A stretch of DNA of 64,000 nucleotides from the NCBI GenBank assembly GCA_964035545.1, contig OZ037768.1, positions 16,227,875 to 16,291,874 on the forward strand, in the 5' to 3' direction. The translations under genes and the position numbers were made by a program. Below, in pieces: positions 1-11,983 of the stretch. The DNA comes from Bugula neritina. Taxonomy: Eukaryota > Animalia > Bryozoa. Position 1 is the first letter of the stretch; the number at the start of each line of letters is the position of its first letter. The notes beneath the pieces were generated by a model. The model was not told the origin of the DNA. It did no database searches and worked only from the letters and a program-made list of their open reading frames with translations.

Positions 1-120
1 TGTGTGAATGTGTGCGTGTGACATGTGCATGTGTGAATGTGTGCGTGTGACATGTGCGTGTGTGAATGTGTGCGTGTGTGTGCATGTGTGTGCATGTGTG
101 CGTGTGTGTGTGCGTGTGTG
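1..120. repeat. TG/GC-rich microsatellite with ~28-30-nt higher-order unit
   Basis: tgtgtgaatgtgtgcgtgtgacatgtgc repeated, then (tg)n variants. Confidence 0.9.
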
Positions 121-909
121 TTTTTAATTTTGAATCAATTGGCAACATTTTATCTGTGATTTATGCATATTTAAATCTCATTTCTTATGTAATGAATTTA
201 AAAATTCGTAACTAATGATCTACTTGATGATTGACTACATTAATGGGATAGGATTTATTATATATTGCATACTAATAGCAGCTGCGTTGGTAATACACAT
301 AGCATTAAATGGCCAAACATATGAAGCTAAGTTTGCCTGTGTATGACTGCAAAAGACGAACTAAACCAACAAACTAAAACCATGAATTTTTAATTTGTAT
401 AAATCAGTTCCATGTTTTCTAGTAAATTATATTAAAATTAATTACCAAAGAGCAATACAAAACTTGTTTCATTGCTCAACACAACAGTGAATAAACTAAG
501 AAATTGGAGTTATCATCCCTAAAGAATCTTACAAAGTAAAGTTAATGACTTGAGTGTAATTCATCCAGCATGTTAGCAGTCAGAACATTCAGTGTATTTG
601 CTTACTGCACCTGTTTTGCTAAATGTGTTTGGTACAATAATTTGCTAACATACAGCTCTAATACTTTGCCATTATATTTAATGCTGCATAATAAATTTAT
701 CTGTTGTGTTTTAGCAGCAAATTCTACTAATCAAAAACTGCTAAAACCTTCTTGGCCAACACACTATTGAATACTAATTTATTTTACAGCAAAAGCAATA
801 TTTTCAATTGCTTGGTTGATTCTTCCATTGTGATTTTGTCCAGTGTTTTGTGCATATAAAAGCTTAATGTTGTGAAATATGTGTTACCATACTAATAACA
901 TCGTTGTAG

Positions 910-3900
910 TGCTGATGGAAATTATCAAGTAACTTTGATGACAAAAGCAACGATACACTACACAGGTATAGTGGTGTGGAAACCCCCAGCCATTTATAAG
1001 AGTTCTTGTACTATAAATGTGGAGTTTTTCCCCTTTGATGAGCAGACTTGCTCTATGAAGTTCAGCTCGTGGACCTACGACGGTTACCACGTTGATTTGA
1101 AGCACATTAACCAGCCAGAAGACGCCACCGGTGAAGTTTTCATAGAGAAGGCTATTAACATGGATGACTACTACCAATCATTTGTTTGGGAGGTCATGGC
1201 TGTTCCGGCTGAAAGGAATGAAGTCTACTATCCATGCTGCACGGCTTCATACCCAGACGTGACATTTCACGTTAAAATACGCAGAAAAACTCTTTTCTAC
1301 ACTATTAACTTGATTATCCCTTGTGTGGCCATTTCATTTCTAACTGTACTTGTTTTCTATCTTCCTTCGGATAGTGGTGAAAAGATTACTTTATGTATTT
1401 CCATTTTGCTTTCTTTGACTGTCTTTTTCCTTCTCTTGAGTGACCTGATTCCCCCAACTTCCCTAGTCATTCCTCTGATTGGTAAATATTTGCTCTTCAC
1501 AATGATACTGGTAACTCTCTCTATTCTAATCACGGTGGTGGTCATAAATGTCCACTATCGTTCTCCTACCACATACGTCATGTCTCCGTGGGTTCGTAAG
1601 GTCTTTCTCCACATTTTGCCTCAACTACTTATGATAAAACGGCCTTCAGTCATTCATGATAAGCTGCTGAAGAAGGTTCGAGTGCCTACAGCTTTCAAGA
1701 AGGAAATCAATGGTTGTGATAATTCAAATTTGAGGTCAGTTCTATCAATCATCAGTTGTCTTCTCATGCAATTGTTGCATAAGAAACTATTTATATCATA
1801 CAAGCTATAATATATTATACAAATAATATAACTCCAACACCATGGTACATCCTGTGCTGCTATATAAATTATATATAATATGGTTATACTATCGATGTGA
1901 TGAGTTAAAGAATATAATGTAATTAAAAATCCTTTGCATAATTAAATTTTTTTGTAAATATACAGTCTATCTTGGTCTTTGCTGTATATTTAAAATATTA
2001 GAAACCGCGCAAGGTTTTAATATGCACCACAGTTTGTAATTATATACTGAGCTGATTTATGCTAATGTTTAGAGGAACCATAAATGACGAGAGAGTTAGA
2101 AGGGAAGACTTAGAAGGGCTGATAAATAAAGAAAATTTTAAACTAAGTAAGTTAAGCTTAAATTTGTTATTGTATTTGATATTAAGTAATAAAGTAATGT
2201 TGAACAGCAGCACTGATGCTATTTTCATATAGAAAAATATTTAAATCAGTTAATGATTTATGTGAACTGTTTTAAACTGAGAAGCAGTCTTGCAGATGTA
2301 GAGGGCAAAAACTGGCCACATAATATTGTGATTTTAACATGTAAAGGTAGTTCTTTTAGAAAAATCATATAAACCCTCCTTTGTACTTTTTCTCTATCAT
2401 TGACTACACTAATCATGACCTTTTGGACACAGTTATTAATTGAAAAATTACTTCACTTTTATTTTTTTTTCAAAAATTGTGGAGAAGAAACAATAAAATC
2501 ACACTAAAGAACTGAACATCAGTCACCTTTAAGGTCTATATAAAAACATCTTGAAGAAAAAGTAGCAAAAAGAGCTATGACTCTTTAAAAAATTGCCAGT
2601 AAAGTGGTGTAGATTAAACATCCTATAAAACTAGGAGCCAAACTAAATTAAATCCATTTAATGCTTTAAAATTTAAAGTATGTATTTTATAATATTGACT
2701 ATAGTTGTAGAACTCGTGCAATACAAAAGTATTATGAACATAGGCTACAGAAGTTTGTATATCTTCAAATCTGATGTAAAATAGTGTAAAACTACTTGCG
2801 GCCTGCTTATAGTGCTCAATTTTATAGACTAGCTACTGAAAAGTTAAGCAAGGACATGCTTGTTAATATTGAAAGTACTCTTATGCGAAACGTTGCTAAT
2901 CGCTAGCTACTTTGTTTTTTTAAATACTTTTGTTATTAATATGTATTCTTAGCTAATCTAAGAATATAACTCGAAATTAAATTCCTAATAAAAAAATCCA
3001 ATTTCAACAAAAAGGATTCGATTTTTTCCACAGTTATATTGCTTTTAATTAGCCCAAGCATTTATATGCTAGTTTTAAGGTTACTGCTTACCAATTTTAT
3101 TGGAAAAAATTTGACTCCGAAAGAAAGCTATTCAGATTTCATATTATTTGCAAACCAAATTCTAATAGAAAAATCTTGCTGAATCAATAGTTCATACAGT
3201 ATGAAGATTTCCTATAATATGTTCTATACTAAATAAATAGCTATTGAGTATATTCTCCTTCAGTTATATAGATTTTTATATAATATCTGTTTCCGACATT
3301 ACTAGTATGTGTTTGACACAGTTATCTAGTTATGGCTATCACCCTTGCAACTGCCACCACTCAATAACCAGAATGATATAAGCAGTGTATAGAATAGATA
3401 TTAAAGCTGTGGTAATACATTAGACAGATATTCTTACCTAACTTCCTGTTGTTTATCATGGGTTTCAAGTAGAGCTGCTTTATTCCACAGACGACTTCTT
3501 ACAAAAAAGTGCATCGTGACTTGTTTTATTCACATTAATTGAAAATAAAAATAACTGCTGGAAACTTTAATTCCTCTTACATTGATAAACAGAGGTTACA
3601 AATTACTGATTGCAAATCGTATTGAAGTAGTAAGCAAGTTGAGTTTAATTTCTGTCGGGGGGGGGGGGGGGGGGTTTAAGTTTCTAATATTAGCAGACAA
3701 TAAATGCATCTTATCGTTTCAAACATCTGGTGTCAAAAACTGCTGAATAAAAGATATTTTTAGCTAAAAGAATGTTGCAGTTGCAAGCTGTTGGCCTCAT
3801 TAGCTTGAATAGACTAGATACTATAATATTTTAGTGTATTTATCAAATCGTGTAGTTCAATGTAGTGTCTATGCATCTACAAATCATGTAAACTTGGTGT

Positions 3901-4695
3901 GATTTATCATGAGCAGGGGAAGGGTCTAGAGGTAAACATGGCAAGAACTGGGAAGGAGAGCCAGCAGCTGGCAGAGTCATGTTTCAGCCAGAGATTGAAA
4001 GAGCCATGGAAGGAGTCAGGTTCATAGCAGATCATCTCAAGAATGAAGATAAGATACAGCAGGTGTGTCGTCTGCAGCTTTTAATTCAATCAGTATTAGT
4101 TGAATTATTATTATAAGTTCTCCCCCAAACAACGCAGTAATATTCTCCATTCAGATTAAATTCACTTTTTCTATAAACAGCTCAAACGTAACCTTTGCTA
4201 TCAACAAGTTATGCATAAGGAAGGCTTAGATTTTTTTCAGTTGTTGAAAAATAGTTTGCTATGGCTAAGGCTTATGAAAATCTTTCAAAATATTTCCCAA
4301 CTCTCATCTGTTACTGAGTAGCTTTTTGGATGCATGATGAATATATTGTAATAGTGTCATATATTTACCCAAGATTCATTTGCACCTCATGATAAGCCAC
4401 TTTTTACCTACTTAAGAGTGAAAGTGAAAGCTGCCTAGAATTGTGTTTAGCAGCTTGCTACCCTTTTATCTGCTTACCAGCATAGATACGCGCTCACCCA
4501 CCCCATTTCAGATAGCAGATGGTTATAACTAGTTGCTATTTTATTGATCAGATAAAAGAGGACTGGAAGTACGTTGCCATGGTGATAGACAGATTATTTC
4601 TGTGGATATTCACAACTGCTTGCATTGTCGGCACATTTGGTATAATTCTGCAGGCTCCAACACTATATGATAATGCTAAGCCCCTACAATTATAG
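910..4695 (+). CDS. CHRNA: Nicotinic acetylcholine receptor alpha subunit, copy 1 (5'-partial; exons 910-1734, 2073-2146, 3917-4062, 4552-4695)
   Basis: Cys-loop [15 protein letters not shown], loop B WTYDG, loop C vicinal cysteines YYPCC (alpha type), M1-M3 with cation-type GEK ([25 protein letters not shown]), MA helix [16 protein letters not shown] and M4 [18 protein letters not shown]. All junctions are GT-AG with matching phases (2,1,0); stop TAG at 4693-4695. The N-terminal exons were not found and presumably lie upstream of the window. Confidence 0.95.
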
Positions 4696-6048
4696 TAGAA
4701 TTATACTAAGGGACTATAAATAGTAAAATGTGTTAAACAAATGTTTGCAGTTTTTATTTTGTGCATGTGCTTTTATTTTATATGCACAGTTATGATTTTA
4801 ATAATAATTATTAATATTATTGTTAGTCAATTATAATGATGTTCTCAAAATGTTGACTACATTATAAGGAAAGTTCATTATACATTATTATATAGTTCAG
4901 TTGTGGTGTTTGTATTAGTTGACTGTTTTTGTGTTTATGTGATGTTGAGTAAGTCATAATATAAAATAAAATGTGAAGGGATATATGTACCTCACTCACT
5001 TCTATTTTGATCTTATATGACTATATATTCACTTAACCATAAGTGGCAGCATTGGCCTTTCATCAATATTGATCTGTATTTTATACCTTACACTCTGTCC
5101 TTGAAATAGTAGATGTAACCCAATCAGCAACTTCTGATTAAGGATCATATAGCCGCAAACCAAACACTAATAGTGTTAGTCAAGGGCCATCCATTAACAG
5201 ATTGTATCATTTATATCTATACAGTCATATTATTGGAGTGTCTAATTGACGTTCTGTAGCAAATGCATCGCACTTGCTGTCAAACAGCAGCGTTATGTCT
5301 CACCAGTTTGTTATCTAACTTTGTTATTCACATTTGAATCATTTTAATAGCTTTAAGCACTCGGGCAGCCATTGGTAGTGAGACCTTTCTGCAGGTGAGT
5401 GTTGAATATCTTTTCAGTAAAAGCTTCTCTGTCAAGTTTTATATTAATTTAATTAATAACAGAAAAAAGTAAATAAGAATAGAGAGCTAGTAGTGGCACA
5501 CATAATTTATTAGTATGCAACTCATTGATAGTGTTTATAAGTTTACCAAATGCTTCACTTCAAGTAATAATGTATGCATATATAGTGTCAGCAATCACCA
5601 TAAGTTAATGTTGGCTTACTTTCAAGAAATATTGCAAAATTCAAAGCTAAATCTGATAGGTGCAATATGAACTCATGTTTTTGTATGTTGCTCCATGTCC
5701 AGCCTAAACCACTCATTATTATATGAGAAGAAAAAGAAACATATAATAGGAGTTTTCCTGATTGATCTCAACTGAATTATTTATTAGTTATACTTGGATT
5801 TCATTCAGTGACCCAATATCATGAACCATCCCAATTAGAAGATCCGTAACACGTGGAACTAGAGCTATTATGACGAAATGGTTGGAAAACACGAGTCTAT
5901 CAAGTTTGGTGCCACAAAACACCTTCTGTTGTCCAAAGAGTTTTGCTTATGATTTACTATTTTAGGCAATAAATGATACTCTTTGGTTTATCCTGTGGAT
6001 ATCTCAGACAGAACTTGGTGTGTGCAGACAATACTATACAGCAAAGCA

Positions 6049-9000
6049 ATGCATCTTAATAGATACATACGGATATTACTAGTGGGTGAGTTGGACATAC
6101 TGAACTTATACTTATATGTTCACTACTTTCTATTACTACTTTATTAGTTATTACCCTTTTAATTTTTATAAGGATATTATTATTGTAAATTTTGTTATAA
6201 CCTTATACTGCATTGCTATACAGTTCAATTTTGTTGTATATAAATTGTCCTTCCACTGTTTTATTTACAATACAGCTTAAATAGATTAAACCAACTAGAC
6301 TTCTTTATTAATTTTAAATTAGATCAAATGGAGTAAAAACAATAATCTCACAATAAACATTTTTAAAATATTTTATATAGTCAAAATTGCAAGCTTCCTT
6401 ACTGAAGGTATTGAATAAAAGCTAAACTTGATGGAAATAAAAAAAATTGTAGATTATGAAACTAGGCCTATATAGTATTTTAAACTTGAGTACCATGTTT
6501 TATAGAGCTACCTCACTAGCTTTTCACTCTGCATGCTAGTTTGTCTAATATTGATATAAAGTTATTAGCACAGTTTTGTTAACTTGTTAACACTGCATAT
6601 TGTATTAAACCATTTGAAGCGATGCATCTACATTTTATCTAAACACAACTATGATGTACCAAATTATGCTTTGTATATAAAAGTCCTTAAGAAATAATGT
6701 CTGTAAAGCCATTTATTTTGTTGAAATATTTTTAGAAATAATCTAGTTTTCAGAATTAACTTTTATGAGGTTGATTATGTAACTTTTAATAGTATTGATA
6801 GTAGGTACTATTTATTTTATATAGTATTCTTTTTATAAAGCTGGTGGCAGTAAAAGTAGATGCTTCAAATAATATAATATAATATAAATGTGGAACAATA
6901 GAAGCAATGAAATTCCGATGCTCTTCTATTGCACAATTTTTTGACTAGAAGCTCATGTTACTGGTTGGTAATTTTTTAATAGCTCAAAAGCCTTTCCCAA
7001 ACATGATACAATTCTTCCTTTAAGAGTCTTGCATATCTTACACTGTCAAAGTGTCACACTATTTCAGTAGCTGCAGACTTAGTAGGCCTCGCCCAGTCTA
7101 ACCCAGATGCTAAGATACTCTACAACGACTTGCTGAAACTCAGTGGATACAACAAACTCATACGTCCTGTAGTCAATAACACAGATATACTCACTGTCAA
7201 AGTCGGTCTCAAGCTTTCACAACTCATTGACATTGTAAGTGATTAATTTTTTTAACTTGTCCATTCTTGATACCAGTGAAACGTTGGCCCTATATTTTTT
7301 CACTTTTAGTGCAATTCACTCATGTATTGGATCATAAGTTTTATTGTAAACGTTTTTTCCAAAGCGAAACAGTAAAAAATTAGAACAGTAGCACAGCTGA
7401 AACACAAATTTTGCATCATTTTATCAAGTAACAATTAGGAGTTTTTCTTTATTGCCTACTATAACAGATTGAAAGCTCAAGAAGTAGACACTAAACTTTT
7501 TAGTTTCTGGTGTGTAAGGATATTTTCTGGTATGAAAAAATCCATTAAGCTGAATTTTTCTCTTTTTGTGTTTTATACTCTTACATATAAAAATGAAAAG
7601 CTGCATTCAGTACTTCTAAAAAGCAGAAAACTATATACAAATGCTATACTAACATACAATGATGTTTCAGATGTTACCTAATTAATTATTAAGGCAGATG
7701 ATATATAGGAGTTGATATAACTTTATCATATACCTGTAGAACTACATATACTAGCTTCCTTCTAGCATGGGTCTAGCATATATGAGCTAGTAATTAGGAT
7801 GAATAGAGTTTTTAAGAACCAAGTCATGCAGACTATATTAAAAGCAAATACATTTGAGCAAAACACTGATCTGGTGATGCATAATTACATCCATTGTAAA
7901 ATATAGGCACGACAAGAATAAACTGCAAACGTTATAATATGATGTTCAGCTAGATACTGTGTCACCATGATATTTTAATTAAAAACAACTTATATTATAA
8001 TATTATGACTATATCTATAATTGTTTCAATTTTAGGATGAAAAAAATCAAATAATGACTACAAATGTATGGTTGAATCAGGTAAGCCATAATTACTAGCA
8101 TTTGCTTTGTATATAATATTATGGTAAAAACTGAGTCAGCTAGGTAATTAATGAGAATATCATTTCAAAAGTCAAATAGAATTTCTTTGTATAATTATTT
8201 TAATCACACAGCGTTCAATAAATAGTTGTTTTTGTGATCATTTAAATTTATATTATATTCTTGATGTTTTATTGAGCAGAGAAGTTTTCTTATCATGTAA
8301 AGCAAACTATTATCTGTTAGGAATTGTTTAGAACACTTATGTGGCATATATGGGTGAACCTTATAAGAGAAATAACAATGCAAATAAAATTATAAAAACA
8401 ATTGAGCAGGTTTTATTTTTAATTTTTGTGACTGAAGATGAAAACATCAGTATTTGTGTTTTCTATCTGAATGCATGCTAGTGAAATATGACATAATAAG
8501 TACAGCCTGACGTACTATTATTTAACTGTTGGTTTATTTGTGTCTAGTATTAATAATTATACCAAAGCTCACTTTTACAATACTTATGACCTGTGAATGT
8601 GAATAATCAAAGGAATGGGATGACTACATGCTAAAGTGGAACCCAGCTAAATACGGAGGGGTCAAGGTCTTGTACGTGCCATCAGAAAAAATATGGCTGC
8701 CGGACATAGTCCTATACAACAAGTCAGTCTAATCTTATTATTACTTCTTACCATATAACTCTGACCTTATATTACTTTAGCTACGTTCCAACACTTTTTT
8801 ATTCGATTAAAATTGAAACTAAATTTATTTGCAGTGCTGATGGAAATTATCAAGTGACTTTAATGACAAAAGCTACTGTACACTACACAGGGAAAGTGGT
8901 GTGGGAACCTCCAGCTATTTACAAAAGTTCTTGCACGATAGATGTAGAGTTCTTTCCATTTGATGAGCAGACTTGCTCTATGAAGTTTGGGTCATGGACC

Positions 9001-10304
9001 TACGACGGCTTCCAGGTTGACTTGAAGCATATTAAGCAGCCAGAAGGACAAATCGGAGAGGTATATATTCCTTTAGCAATAAACATGGCCGACTATTATC
9101 GCTCTTTTATATGGGAGGTATTGGCGGTGCCGGCTCAAAGGAATGAGGTTTACTACCCGTGTTGTCCGGAATCTTACCCAGACGTAACATTTCTCATAAC
9201 CATCAGAAGGAAGACATTGTTTTACACAGTAAATCTGATCATACCCTGCGTGGCCATCTCCTTCCTGACAGTGCTGGTCTTCTACTTACCCTCGGACAGT
9301 GGAGAGAAGATTTCTTTGTGCATTTCTATTCTCCTTTCCTTAACTGTCTTCTTCTTGCTACTGAGTGATTTAATACCACCAACCTCTCTGGTAGTACCTC
9401 TCATTGGGAAATACCTTCTTTTTACAATGATACTCGTGACACTCTCTATTCTCATTACAGTTATTGTATTAAATGTTCACTATCGGTCACTCACAACACA
9501 CGTTATGGCCCCCTGGGTTAGAAAAGTATTTCTTCATATTCTCCCGCGTTTGCTGATGATGAAACGACCAAAGTTCTCATACGAACAGCTGTCAAAGTCT
9601 ACTCAGATGTCATTTATTAGAAGTAGCAAAAAGCAAGAAAATGGTGGCATCGCAATAAAAAGCAGGTAATTTAATACAGATAACTCAATACAAATAAATG
9701 CAATAAATAATATTTTTATTAAAATATGAAAATTGGCTTTAAGCTGCAAATCTCCATATATTTATCATCATCAATTATGTAACTCATACATTCTAAATGC
9801 TGTGATTAGGTCAACAGAGTAATTTTAAAACATGCAATGTAGATGTTTTTGAAGCCCTTTTCTGCTCAAAAAGTTGTATTGTTATACTGTACTGGATATA
9901 TTAACTAGATGATATATTACAGTCTATTATATATGACATAAAATTATGTATTTATGTTTTACAAAGACTACAATTATTTTGCCCATATTATGTTCTATTG
10001 CATAATTATTCATGACAAATAACTACAGACGTCTAAATTGAATATTTTAGTAACTCTTCTCCCAAAGGAAAGAGAAGTAATATGGTGAGACAAGGTTCTC
10101 AAGGTTAGTGCTCTGTTTTATATACTTTTTATATTTCTAAATACCATCTCGATGAGCAGCGTGTATTTTTATACACGAAACATTATTGTAGGTAATTCTG
10201 TTATTTTATTCTACTAATAAACCTTCTAGTTATTAAAAGCTTCTACTTGGCATACAAGTCCCGTGTGTGTGCGTGTGCGTGTGCGTGTGCGTGTGCGTGT
10301 GCGT

Positions 10305-10337
<33 letters not shown>

Positions 10338-11020
10338 CAATATATTAACTAACAATACACTCATGCAAGCATGTGCATATTGCCAGTTAATAAATTGCAC
10401 ATGTTCTATGTCAGGCCTGCAAAGGTGTAGACAAAACTGCATATATAATTACAGGCACTGAAAAGACACCCTCTAATTATGTAATACACCCAGAGATACA
10501 AAAGTCAATGGAAGGAGTCAAGTTTATTGCTGATCATTTTAAAGAGGACAACCGGCTGATCCAGGTGAGAATTAGCTATGTAAAAGGCTCAGTTATTACA
10601 ACTTTTACTTTGAACTTTTTTTGCTATTTAGAAGATAGGATTCCCCAACTTGATATTCTATTTAAAGAAAACACTGTTTGTAACACTTTCCTGGTGTGTA
10701 CTCTCGTTAGTTGTGCTGTATGTTTCTATTTCCTGCCAATGCTCTAAAATAGTGCTTGCAACCAATCACCTTGCTATTTGCCATTTGAAGCTGGAATAAT
10801 ATACTTACAAATGCTATTTTATTTTATTGATCAGATAAAAGAGGACTGGAAGTACGTTGCCATGGTGATAGACAGACTATTTCTGTGGATATTCACAACA
10901 TCCTGCATTGTCGGCACATTCGGTATAATTCTGCAAGCCCCCACACTGTACGATACAAGAGCACCTCTTGCGCCTGCTGATTACACCTCAATTGGAGACT
11001 ACAATACTGATTTACTTTAG
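6049..11020 (+). CDS. CHRNA: Nicotinic acetylcholine receptor alpha subunit, copy 2 (complete; exons 6049-6085, 7068-7234, 8036-8080, 8613-8722, 8835-9665, 10051-10084/10103, 10415/10455-10564, 10835-11020)
   Basis: Signal peptide [23 protein letters not shown], then [12 protein letters not shown]...YNKLIRPV. The 45-nt ([15 protein letters not shown]) and 110-nt ([11 protein letters not shown]...WLPDIVLYN) exons typical of nAChR genes are present, followed by the Cys-loop, YYPCC, GEK and M4. Junctions are phase-consistent. A probable non-coding exon donor lies at 5395. Confidence 0.95.
10263..10337. repeat. (GTGTGC)n/(GT)n microsatellite in an nAChR copy 2 intron
   Basis: Directly visible; explains the CV/HT ORFs. 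Confidence 0.95.
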
Positions 11021-11983
11021 CTGTGCTATTGGAGAGCTTGGCTATGCTATTGGAAAGCTAGTCGATCTGATATGTAGAAGGTTTCATGAGTGGTATTACA
11101 ATAATATATAAATAGTATCTACATTTAAACTATCAAACAGGAGGCATGAGAATTTGCAAGTTTTACCATTGGATTTGCTTTACTGTATAATTTTATAACT
11201 ATAAGAATGCTGAAACCTATGCTCTGGACCAGGGCTGTCTAACAGGCAGCCCCAGGGCCGGATGATGTCTCCAACCTACTTTTATGTGCCTCCTCAAATG
11301 CCTATGAATAAAATTATTTTACACATATATATGAATTAGAGTGAAAAAACAACCTTTTAAATGTCTTATTTACACACATGGTACAAAACATGCAGCCTCC
11401 AGTAATTATTGGGACTTCATTGTGTAATTATTTATAGGAATTTGGAATAAAGTAACTTAAAATTTACTGGTGCTATGGCCCAATAGCTATGCACAGCGCC
11501 ATGCACTTTCTATATAAGAACTCAATAAATATTTAGTCATAATTGTGATGTAGTATTATAATATAGCCTACTGGATAGCTAAAATTATATTTGCAAAAAC
11601 TTTAAATATAAACAGAAAATCGGTTGTAAACAACCAGGATATACAATCCTTGTTAGAATCAAACAGAAGCATTGTCAGAATGGGAAGAATAAAACTGGAG
11701 AGATAATGAAGATTGTATAATCAACTTAGTTTAGGTGCGAATATCAAAGTTATTGCTGACAGCATCAAAATAAGAGTATTAGGCCTTTGTATCTTTCTTT
11801 CTATCGTTGGCATAAATATTTATTTTTAATACCTATGCTTATGTGTTAATAAATGACATAAATAAAAAGTTAAATGAAATAATTCCCATTTAATTTATCA
11901 CAAGTGGACTTACTAAATATAATAGATATTGCTGCTGTTGATGCTGCATACAAATCATATTATTGTAGCCAAATGGCCCAGTG

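Noticed and set aside
3901-3916. In-frame TGA upstream of the nAChR copy 1 MA exon (pseudogene, readthrough or selenocysteine)
   Set aside because: The TGA is intronic; exon 2073-2146 supplies the correct phase to the acceptor at 3916.
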